Of a stretch of DNA of 64,000 bases, positions 27,548 to 35,393 are shown one piece after another. The notes beneath the pieces were generated by a model that made no database searches, was not told the origin of the DNA, and saw only the letters and a program-made list of their open reading frames with translations. This stretch comes from Bacteroidota bacterium (GTDB lineage: Bacteria; Bacteroidota; Bacteroidia; Flavobacteriales_D; Crocinitomicaceae): contig JBEEOT010000008.1 in assembly GCA_041191505.1 (NCBI GenBank), forward strand, positions 10,348 through 74,347. Reading direction: 5' to 3'. The translations under genes and the position numbers were made by a program. The first letter of the stretch is position 1. Each line of letters opens with the position of its first letter.

Positions 27548-29827
27548 TTAAATTGCTGCCTCCACCTTTGAATTCACATCGATAGCGACCTCCTTACCCA
27601 ACAACTGACAAACAACTGGTTGAGCACCTAAGTTTTCAATTGTCACCTTTTGCTGTGTAATGGAAAGTGCAAGGGGCTGATTCTGATAGCGAATCTGGAA
27701 TGAATAGGCTCTCCAAGATTTTGGAATATTTGGATGAATTGACAATCCTTCATCGGTTACCCTCACACCTGCCAAACCTTCGACAACAGACATCCAGGTA
27801 CCAGCCATAGAAGTAATGTGCAAGCCTTCGTCAGCTTCGTGGTTGTAATCATCTAGATCCAAACGACTAGTGCGCAAGTACAACTCAAGTGCTTTGTCCA
27901 TGCGGCCAATTTTTGCGGCTAAAATCACGTGGACACAAGGCGACAACGACGATTCATGAACCGTTTTAGGTTCGTAAAAATCAAAGTTTTCGCGAATGAC
28001 TTCTTCTGAGAAATGATCTTCGAATAAATATAAGCCTTGCAATACATCGGCCTGCTTGATAAAGATGGAGCGCAAAATGCGATCCCAGGACCAATGCTGG
28101 TTAATTGGGCGCTCTGCAATTGGAATATCAGAGGCGCTCAACTGTTCTTTATCCATGAAGCCATCTTGCTGCAAGAAGATGTTCGTGCCTTCTAACTGCG
28201 GGAAATAAACGTTGGTAACAATATGCTCGAACTTTTCAATCTCTTTGGCACTCAATTGCTGTGGAAGCTTGCTTTTTACCTGAGCATTAACTTCTAAGCA
28301 ATAAGCGATACACCAACGTGCAATGTAGTTCGTATACCAGTTGTTATTGACGTTGTTTTCGTATTCATTAGGACCAGTAACACCCAACATGACGTAGGCC
28401 TTCTTGGCTTCAGACCAATTGAAACGCTGCGCCCAGAAGCGTGCAATACCAGCTAAAACAGGCAAACCGTAGGTATCGAGGTAAGCGACATCGCCCGTAT
28501 GACGAATGTAGTTGTAGATACCAAAGGCAATTGCACCGTTTCGGTGGATTTCCTCGAAGGTGATTTCCCATTCGTTGTGACACTCTTCACCGTTCATGGT
28601 AACCATCGGATAGAGCGCTGCACCATCTTTAAAGCCCAGTTTTTCAGCATTTTCGATTGCGCGGTCAAGGTGATGGTAGCGATACACCAAAAGTTGGCGT
28701 GCTACTTTCGGGTCTGCTGTTTTGAGGTAAAAAGGCAAGCAATACGCTTCGGTATCCCAATAGGTAGCGCCGCCATATTTTTCACCAGTAAAGCCTTTTG
28801 GCCCAATATTGAGCTTGGCGTTTTTACCGGTGTATGTTTGGTATAAATGGAAAATATTGAAGCGGATTCCTTGCTGAGAAGCCACATCGCCTTCTATTTC
28901 AATATCGGCGCTTTTCCAGATGTCTGCCCAGGCAGCTTCGTGCTCTTCGCGCAAGGTGTCAAAACCTGTTGTGTAAGCATCGCGCACACGCTTAATAGCC
29001 TTGGCGGCAAGTTCAAATTCAGAATGGTTGATTGTAGAGGTAACCGCTACATATTTTTTGAGCGTAAAACGCACGCCCTGCTCAAGGTAATGCTCGAAAT
29101 TATTTTCAACGTAAAATTCGCGTTGGGCAACATTCGGATGAATGGTGAGCAACTCTTGCTCTCTCCAGAAACTGAAGCGCATTGCCGTTGCTACACAAAA
29201 ATCTGTTTTTTTGGTGCGCGTGCACAAGATACCTTTTTGTAAATCAACTTTGCGCGAATCTTCTTGCCAAAAGAATTCGTCGTAGTTGGCATCGTGATTG
29301 CTCACTTTTCCATCGAGGTAAGGCGTGAATTTAACGTTGCCGCTGAAATTCAAGGGTGTAACAGCATAAGAAATAGCGGCAATCTCTTCGCGGGCCATAG
29401 AACAAAAGCGAAGGCTTTCAATTTCTAGCTCTTTACCGCTGCCAAAAACCACGCGTACAGTGCGCTTAAGCAAACCATTTTGCATATCGAGCTCGCGGTG
29501 AAAATATTTCACTTGTTGGTTATTGAGGTCGAGTTGTTCGCCGTCAATACTGATATCGATGCCTATCCAGTTGGTAGAGTTGAGCACTTTTGCAAAATAC
29601 TCTGGATAACCGTTTTTCCACCAACCCACTCTTGTTTTATCGGGGTAATAAACACCACCGATGTAGCTACCTTGCAACGAAGGCCCGCTGTATTTTTCTT
29701 CGAAATTGGCACGCTGTCCAAAAGAACCATTGCCAATACTAAATATACTTTCTGCTTGTTGTTGTTTACTTGGATCAAATTTGCTTTCAATGATTTTCCA
29801 AGGGTCAATTTCAAATAAATTACGCAT
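27548..29827 (-). CDS. glycoside hydrolase family 65 phosphorylase (maltose phosphorylase-like)
   Basis: 759 aa with the GH65 pattern: NGSFGQRANFEE near the N-terminus and ATYWDTE. The catalytic-region context is EGLHITSMAGTWMSVVEGLAG. Directly coupled to pgmB by an 8-nt overlap. Confidence 0.85.
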   Translation of the reverse strand: MRNLFEIDPWKIIESKFDPSKQQQAESIFSIGNGSFGQRANFEEKYSGPSLQGSYIGGVYYPDKTRVGWWKNGYPEYFAKVLNSTNWIGIDISIDGEQLDLNNQQVKYFHRELDMQNGLLKRTVRVVFGSGKELEIESLRFCSMAREEIAAISYAVTPLNFSGNVKFTPYLDGKVSNHDANYDEFFWQEDSRKVDLQKGILCTRTKKTDFCVATAMRFSFWREQELLTIHPNVAQREFYVENNFEHYLEQGVRFTLKKYVAVTSTINHSEFELAAKAIKRVRDAYTTGFDTLREEHEAAWADIWKSADIEIEGDVASQQGIRFNIFHLYQTYTGKNAKLNIGPKGFTGEKYGGATYWDTEAYCLPFYLKTADPKVARQLLVYRYHHLDRAIENAEKLGFKDGAALYPMVTMNGEECHNEWEITFEEIHRNGAIAFGIYNYIRHTGDVAYLDTYGLPVLAGIARFWAQRFNWSEAKKAYVMLGVTGPNEYENNVNNNWYTNYIARWCIAYCLEVNAQVKSKLPQQLSAKEIEKFEHIVTNVYFPQLEGTNIFLQQDGFMDKEQLSASDIPIAERPINQHWSWDRILRSIFIKQADVLQGLYLFEDHFSEEVIRENFDFYEPKTVHESSLSPCVHVILAAKIGRMDKALELYLRTSRLDLDDYNHEADEGLHITSMAGTWMSVVEGLAGVRVTDEGLSIHPNIPKSWRAYSFQIRYQNQPLALSITQQKVTIENLGAQPVVCQLLGKEVAIDVNSKVEAAI

Positions 29828-30464
29828 GTTGTTCTACTCTAAATTCTGTCAAATCGTTCAAATATAAATCTGCTTGTGCTTGAATGTTTGGATTACCTAC
29901 CCCTACGGCAAAAAAGCCACCTGCTTTTGCGGCTGCGATTCCAGATGCGGCGTCTTCAAATACCATACAATTTTCAGGAAGAAGGCCTAAAGCTTTGGCG
30001 CCATTTAAAAAGACTTCCGGGTGCGGTTTTGGATCTGTTACGCCGTTGCCGTCGATCACCACCTCAAAATAGGAGCGGATACTCAGTTTTTCTAAGATGA
30101 AATTGGCGTTCTTGCTAGAAGAACCAACGCCGAGGTGTATGCCTCTCTGTTTTGACTCTTGCAACAGATGTAAAACGCCTGGCAATAAATGATCTTGATT
30201 CAAGTCTTGGATAGATTCCAGATAAAAGTCGTTTTTGCTTTTTAGTAAAGCCTCGAACTCAGCACTTGAAATGGTTTTTGAACCAAGTTTTAGTATTTTT
30301 TTAAGGGAATCTACCCTACTCACGCCCTTCAAAAGTTCATTTTCTTTCTCAGTAAATTCAATTCCTAAAGAATGTGCACAGCGCTGCCATGCAATAAAAT
30401 GGTTGTGTTCAGTACTGACCAAGACGCCGTCGAGGTCGAATAAAAAAGCGGAGAATTTAGACAT
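29820..30464 (-). CDS. pgmB: beta-phosphoglucomutase (HAD superfamily)
   Basis: HAD motif I FLFDLDGVLV. Also GVGSSSKNA and VFEDAASGIAAAKAGG. Length 214 aa. Confidence 0.9.
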   Translation of the reverse strand: MSKFSAFLFDLDGVLVSTEHNHFIAWQRCAHSLGIEFTEKENELLKGVSRVDSLKKILKLGSKTISSAEFEALLKSKNDFYLESIQDLNQDHLLPGVLHLLQESKQRGIHLGVGSSSKNANFILEKLSIRSYFEVVIDGNGVTDPKPHPEVFLNGAKALGLLPENCMVFEDAASGIAAAKAGGFFAVGVGNPNIQAQADLYLNDLTEFRVEQHA

Positions 30465-31761
30465 TTTCTTCTCGAATACGCAAGGTTAGAAAGCCAGCAA
30501 CAATAAGCAAGATGCCGCCGATTGTCACTGCGGCAATGCGCGAGTTATCTAGCCAGGCAGACATGATGTCACCAAAAAATAAGGAAGCAATGATTTCAGG
30601 TAATACAATGAAGAAATTAAAGATGCCCATGTAGACACCAATTTGATGCGGTGGCAAACTCGGAACAAGCATAGCGTATGGCATAGAAAGAATACTACTC
30701 CATGCAATACCGACGAGCGCCATGATCAAAAAGAGCATCCAAGCGCTATTTGCATCTACAAAATTAATGAGCATCAGACCACAGCCGCCAATCATTAAAC
30801 TTGTGAAATGCGTCCATTTTTGACCAATTTTTGCAGCTAAAAAAGGAAGCGCCAAAGCGAATAAAAAAGTAACTATATTTTCAAATGAATAGGCCAAACC
30901 TGCGAGGTCGGCTCCTTTTCCATAAGCCTCAGAACCTGGGGCCCCTTTAAAAATCTCAGATGCAACGGCAGTTGTAAAGAAAAACCACATCAAAAACAAA
31001 CCTGGCCATGTCAAGAATTGTACTAGCGCCAACTGACGCATGCGTTTGGGCATATGAGTGATAGCTTCAAAGATTTCTTTGACGCCATTTGCAAATCCTT
31101 TTGTTTGTTTTTGTTCTGCAAGCTGTTCAGCCGTTGGCGCATATTCTTTGGTTGTAAATACGGTATAAAGTACAGCTCCGAGAAAAGCCAATGCACCAAT
31201 ATAAAAACTCCATTTTACATTGGCTGCAATTTGACCACTAGACGCAGTGCCATCCATATCAAACCAATTGGTGAAAATCCAAGGCAATGCACTTGCAATT
31301 GTAGCACCTACTCCAATAAAGAAACTTTGCATAGAAAAGCCGCGCGTGCGTTGCTCAGCAGGGAGTTGATCGGCAACAAAAGCTCTAAAAGGCTCCATGC
31401 TAATATTGATCGATGAGTCGAGCACCCAAAGTAAGCCTGCAGCCATCCAAAGAGTTGAAGAGGAAGGCATTAAAAACAAGCACAATGAACTAAGAATAGC
31501 GCCAATAAGGAAGAAAGGTCGGCGACGACCCCTAACTGGATGCCAAGTGCGGTCACTCATGTAACCGATGATCGGCTGAACCAACAAGCCCGTAAGCGGC
31601 GCTGCTAACCAAAGACCGGGTATTTGTTCAGGCTTAGCGCCAAGGCTTTCATAGATCGAACTCATGTTGGCCATTTGAAGGCCCCATCCAAATTGGATAC
31701 CCATGAAGCCGAAGCTCATGTTCCAGATTTGCCAAAACGAAAGTGTAGGTTTAGTTTGCAT
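30457..31761 (-). CDS. MFS (SLC45/GPH-like) sugar:cation symporter, probable maltose transporter
   Basis: 12-TM protein with the N-terminal FWQIWNMSFGFMGIQFGWGLQ and the RRRPF loop typical of SLC45-like disaccharide transporters. Sits within the maltose operon. Confidence 0.8.
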   Translation of the reverse strand: MQTKPTLSFWQIWNMSFGFMGIQFGWGLQMANMSSIYESLGAKPEQIPGLWLAAPLTGLLVQPIIGYMSDRTWHPVRGRRRPFFLIGAILSSLCLFLMPSSSTLWMAAGLLWVLDSSINISMEPFRAFVADQLPAEQRTRGFSMQSFFIGVGATIASALPWIFTNWFDMDGTASSGQIAANVKWSFYIGALAFLGAVLYTVFTTKEYAPTAEQLAEQKQTKGFANGVKEIFEAITHMPKRMRQLALVQFLTWPGLFLMWFFFTTAVASEIFKGAPGSEAYGKGADLAGLAYSFENIVTFLFALALPFLAAKIGQKWTHFTSLMIGGCGLMLINFVDANSAWMLFLIMALVGIAWSSILSMPYAMLVPSLPPHQIGVYMGIFNFFIVLPEIIASLFFGDIMSAWLDNSRIAAVTIGGILLIVAGFLTLRIREENV

Positions 31762-31783
31762 GGCTAGAAATGATCTAAGGTTG

Positions 31784-33103
31784 TTATTGAACGTAGACAG
31801 CGTAGCCCCAAGGAGCTAAGGTCATGACTTGTTTGCCTTTTAAATTCTCTTTTTTATTGGTAAAAAGATTCATGTAGGTACCGGCTGCATCAGAACTAAG
31901 CACTACTTTTTTGCTTTGAGCACTCAAATTTAGCAGCACCAAAACCTTTGAATTAGCATGCTCACGCGTGTAAACCAAGATGTCCTTTTCCGCTTTGGTA
32001 CTCAAGAACTTAGGAGCAGATTGCTCCATACCTACATAAAGTGCTGGCGTATTTTGATGCATGTGAAGCAAGCGACTGTAAAAATCAACTAAATCCATTT
32101 TATCCCAATTGATGCTGTCTTTGTCAAAGAATTTCAATCGGCGATCTAAGGATGTTTCTTGCCCGTTATAGACCAACGGCATACCTTGAATCGTTGCCGC
32201 CATAACAGCCATAGCAAAACGCGCCTCGCCCATGCGTTCCATTTCTGTACCGTTCCAAGAGTTTTCGTCGTGGTTCGAGGTAAAGTTCATGTGAAATGCT
32301 CCGGCGGGAAGCTCAGCACGTTCAAAGTAGGATTGAATATCTGCAGCATTTTTCTTACCCTTCGACACATCGTTCATGATGTGATGAAACTCCCAACCAT
32401 AGGTCATTTCAAAAGCGGTGTATAGTTCTTTACCCTCAGCTTCTGCCAACATAAATACAGGCTTGATTTGATCTAAAGCAGCACGAGCGGCATTCCAGAA
32501 TTCCATTGGCACCCAGCCAGCGACGTCGCAACGGTAACCATCAATATTGAAGTCGCGCACCCAGTACTCCATACAAGAAATCATTTCATTGCGCATTTCG
32601 GGATTTTCGTAATTGAGGTCAGCTACATCCCACCAGTCTGTGCCAATTGTTGGCTGCACTCTACCAAGAGAATCTAGGGTATACCAATCGAGTTTCTTTT
32701 GTTCGATCCAAAGTGCATCTGGAGATGTATGGTTGGCTACCCAATCAATAATGACTTTCATGCCTAAGTTGTGCGCAGATTCCACTAAATGTTGGAAATC
32801 TTCATGTGTGCCAAATTCTGGATTGATACCACGATAGTCTCGAACCGCATAATAACTGCCTAGACTTCCTTTTCTATTGAGTTCACCTATGGGGTGAATT
32901 GGCATCAGCCAGAGGATGTCAACGCCCATGGACTTGAGGCGCGGCAAATGCTTTTCAAAGGCAGCGAAAGTTCCTTCTGGAGTAAACTGACGAATGTTTA
33001 CTTCGTAAATTGTTGCATTCTTAACCCATTCAGGAGTTTTGAGCTGGGCAAAAGCAATGAGCGAGAAAAAACCAAATAGAATAGAAATCGTAATTTTTTT
33101 CAT
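31784..33103 (-). CDS. GH13 alpha-amylase family enzyme (secreted/periplasmic)
   Basis: Signal peptide. GH13 regions VDILWLMPIHP, DWVANH, DGYRCDVAG, MLAEAEG and FTSNHDEN. Confidence 0.9.
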   Translation of the reverse strand: MKKITISILFGFFSLIAFAQLKTPEWVKNATIYEVNIRQFTPEGTFAAFEKHLPRLKSMGVDILWLMPIHPIGELNRKGSLGSYYAVRDYRGINPEFGTHEDFQHLVESAHNLGMKVIIDWVANHTSPDALWIEQKKLDWYTLDSLGRVQPTIGTDWWDVADLNYENPEMRNEMISCMEYWVRDFNIDGYRCDVAGWVPMEFWNAARAALDQIKPVFMLAEAEGKELYTAFEMTYGWEFHHIMNDVSKGKKNAADIQSYFERAELPAGAFHMNFTSNHDENSWNGTEMERMGEARFAMAVMAATIQGMPLVYNGQETSLDRRLKFFDKDSINWDKMDLVDFYSRLLHMHQNTPALYVGMEQSAPKFLSTKAEKDILVYTREHANSKVLVLLNLSAQSKKVVLSSDAAGTYMNLFTNKKENLKGKQVMTLAPWGYAVYVQ

Positions 33104-33106
33104 GAC

Positions 33107-33970
33107 TTAAACAGTTTCTGTTTTAAGAATATATTTGAGGTGGTAATTAACAAGACCAATAACTGGCTTTTGAATAATTGAGGCAATTTGTATGCCAAGT
33201 TCTGCAGCGGCCTTATCGAGTTCTTTTTCGAAGATTTTAGACAAGGATCCTACAAAATGTACTTCGGTAGAGCGGTAATTGTCATAGCAACAAACGTGCA
33301 CTTGCATAAAGTGCTTAAACCCCTTGTAAACCATTTCTGAAAAAAATGGATTTTCCTTGTGTTTCGCGATAAACGGCATAAAAGAAGCGATAAACACATT
33401 TGCATTTGGTTCGCGGTAAACGCGATCTACGATCATGTCTTTATCTAATTGATAGGTCGCAATGAAGTCTGCTTCAATGTCGGCAGGCAGCTGATGATAC
33501 AAGAAAGAAGCGAGTAATTGTTTACCAAAATAACTACCACTGCCTTCGTCGCCAAGGACATAACCTAAAGCCGGCACCTCCTCAAGTAAGTTTTTACCAT
33601 CGAAATAACAAGAATTGCTACCTGTTCCGATAATGCAAGAAATACCAGGGTTGCCTGTGTAAGTTGCGTAGGCACAAGCCAATAGGTCGTGCTCAACTAA
33701 AATAGTGGAATTGATGAATATGCTGCGGAGCCCTTCCTCGACAATTTGATTGAGTTCAGGACTTGAACAACCAGCGCCATAAAAGTAAAGACCTTTGATG
33801 CTTGGCGCAAGCTGCATGATTTCGGTGTTTTTCTTCAACTCAGCCTCGATGATGTCAGCGGAGTGAAAATATGGATTGAAGCCCATTGTTGAAAAAAAAC
33901 TTTGGTTATTTTTGTTGTCTACTAATACCCAGTCGCTTTTGGTAGAACCACTTTCAATAATGAAATACAT
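33107..33970 (-). CDS. BadF/BadG/BcrA/BcrD-type ATPase, N-acetylglucosamine/glucose kinase-like
   Basis: Motifs IIESGSTKSDW, IIGTGSNSC and GYVLGDEGSGSYFG. Confidence 0.75.
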   Translation of the reverse strand: MYFIIESGSTKSDWVLVDNKNNQSFFSTMGFNPYFHSADIIEAELKKNTEIMQLAPSIKGLYFYGAGCSSPELNQIVEEGLRSIFINSTILVEHDLLACAYATYTGNPGISCIIGTGSNSCYFDGKNLLEEVPALGYVLGDEGSGSYFGKQLLASFLYHQLPADIEADFIATYQLDKDMIVDRVYREPNANVFIASFMPFIAKHKENPFFSEMVYKGFKHFMQVHVCCYDNYRSTEVHFVGSLSKIFEKELDKAAAELGIQIASIIQKPVIGLVNYHLKYILKTETV

Positions 33971-34017
33971 AGTTTGTTATAGAGTGAATGATAGCTTTGT
34001 GTCAATTTTACACTATC

Positions 34018-34025
34018 CAAATATA
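34018..34025 (-). promoter_or_regulatory. candidate -7 box (TAtaTTTG) for the maltose operon
   Basis: Plus strand CAAATATA, 47 nt upstream of the kinase ATG (33970) and 17 nt from the divergent regulator's GTG. Confidence 0.45.
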
Positions 34026-34042
34026 TAGATAATACTTCATAC

Positions 34043-34798
34043 GTGCAGCACAATCAAAAAAAAATCAATTCAGAACTCAATCCTAACGTATCTGTCGACT
34101 GCGTCATTTTCGGTTTTGACCTCGAACAACTCACCGTGCTGCTCATTGATCGCGGCGAAATCTCCTCTGCCTTTGGCCCTCGCCTTGCCCTACCCGGCAA
34201 CCTTATCTACGACAACGAAAATCTAGATATGGCTGCCAATCGCGTTCTCGACGAACTCACCGGCCTCAACAACATTTACCTCGAACAAGTGGGCGCCTTC
34301 GGTGACCCAGACCGCATTCACAAAGAATCTGACCGCGAATGGCTCAAGAGCATCCGTGCGGAACCAGAAGCACGCGTGATCACCGTCGCTTATTTTACCC
34401 TGGTGCCGATGTCCAACTACAAACCACAGGCTTCGTCATTCGCGAAAAATGCAGATTGGGTTCCGGTCAACGAAATCAAAGAATTGGCTTTTGACCACTT
34501 TGAAATCCTGCAAGCCGCCAAAGAAAAACTCAAACAAAAAATCAAGATTCAGCCGATCGGTTTCAATTTGCTCCCAGAAAAGTTCACATTAAGCCAATTA
34601 CACCGCCTTTACGAATCTATCCTCGACAAACCACTTGATAAAAGAAATTTCAGACGCAAAATTCAAAAGCTCGACATCTTAACAAGCCTCCGCGAAAAGC
34701 AGCGCGGTGTGCCGCACAAACCATCATTGCTTTACGAATTCAACGAGGATAAGTACCAAGAACTCACCCAAACAGGTTTTGACAACTTCGGATTTTAG
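34043..34798 (+). CDS. Nudix-fold + winged-helix transcriptional regulator (NrtR-like)
   Basis: The N-terminal Nudix fold has a degenerate Nudix box (GNLIYDNENLDMAANRVLDELTG) in which the catalytic RE..EE glutamates are partly lost. The C-terminal part is wHTH-like (LDKRNFRRKIQKLDIL). GTG start. Confidence 0.7.
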   Translation: MQHNQKKINSELNPNVSVDCVIFGFDLEQLTVLLIDRGEISSAFGPRLALPGNLIYDNENLDMAANRVLDELTGLNNIYLEQVGAFGDPDRIHKESDREWLKSIRAEPEARVITVAYFTLVPMSNYKPQASSFAKNADWVPVNEIKELAFDHFEILQAAKEKLKQKIKIQPIGFNLLPEKFTLSQLHRLYESILDKPLDKRNFRRKIQKLDILTSLREKQRGVPHKPSLLYEFNEDKYQELTQTGFDNFGF

Positions 34799-34901
34799 TC
34801 CGCACTTTTTTATCCGGTAAAAAAATCGTAATTTTCTAAGGTAAAAGTTATTACCCTGTAACTTTTACGCCAAACAAATTGTTCTACTGCCAGACACAAT
34901 T

Positions 34902-35393
34902 TTGAACCGCTACGACTACAATACCTGTGTGGACCTCCACAGCGATGCGCTGTATAGGTTTTGTTTGCATTTCTTACGAGATGTCGAACTAGCCCGCGAT
35001 ATTGTACAAGATTGCTTTGAAAAATTGTGGATCAACAAGAAAGATGTTACGCTAGAGAAAGCTAAATCTTGGTTGTTTACTTGCGCCAATCACCTTATGC
35101 TTAACCAAGTGAAGCGCAACAAAGTAAAACAACAGCATTTAGAATCGCTCTACTGGAACAACACGCCTAGCGCAGACTCCACCTTTGAAAACCAGCAACT
35201 CATCCAGCTGCTCGTCGAAGATTTGCCTCCTATGCAAAAAAGCATCTTGTTGCTCCGAGACCTCGAAGGCTACACTTATCAAGAAATCGGTTCAATGCTC
35301 TCCTTGACCGAAGCCCAAGTAAAAGTGTACCTATTTAGAGCGAGGCTCAAAGTTAAGAAACGTGCTAAAGGACAATTTGTATTGGCTTCATGA
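34902..35393 (+). CDS. ECF-type RNA polymerase sigma-70 factor
   Basis: Region 2 is ARDIVQDCFEKLW. Region 4 HTH is LPPMQKSILLLRDLEGYTYQEIGSMLSLTEAQVKVYLFRARLKVKK. TTG start. Confidence 0.85.
   Translation: MNRYDYNTCVDLHSDALYRFCLHFLRDVELARDIVQDCFEKLWINKKDVTLEKAKSWLFTCANHLMLNQVKRNKVKQQHLESLYWNNTPSADSTFENQQLIQLLVEDLPPMQKSILLLRDLEGYTYQEIGSMLSLTEAQVKVYLFRARLKVKKRAKGQFVLAS

Noticed and set aside
33971-34042. Search for a palindromic operator for the Nudix-type regulator between the maltose operon and the regulator gene.
   Set aside because: Only weak, imperfect inverted repeats were found (ATAGAGTG / CACTATCC and TGTGT / ACACT). None is convincing without comparative data. The region is noted only as the likely operator location.
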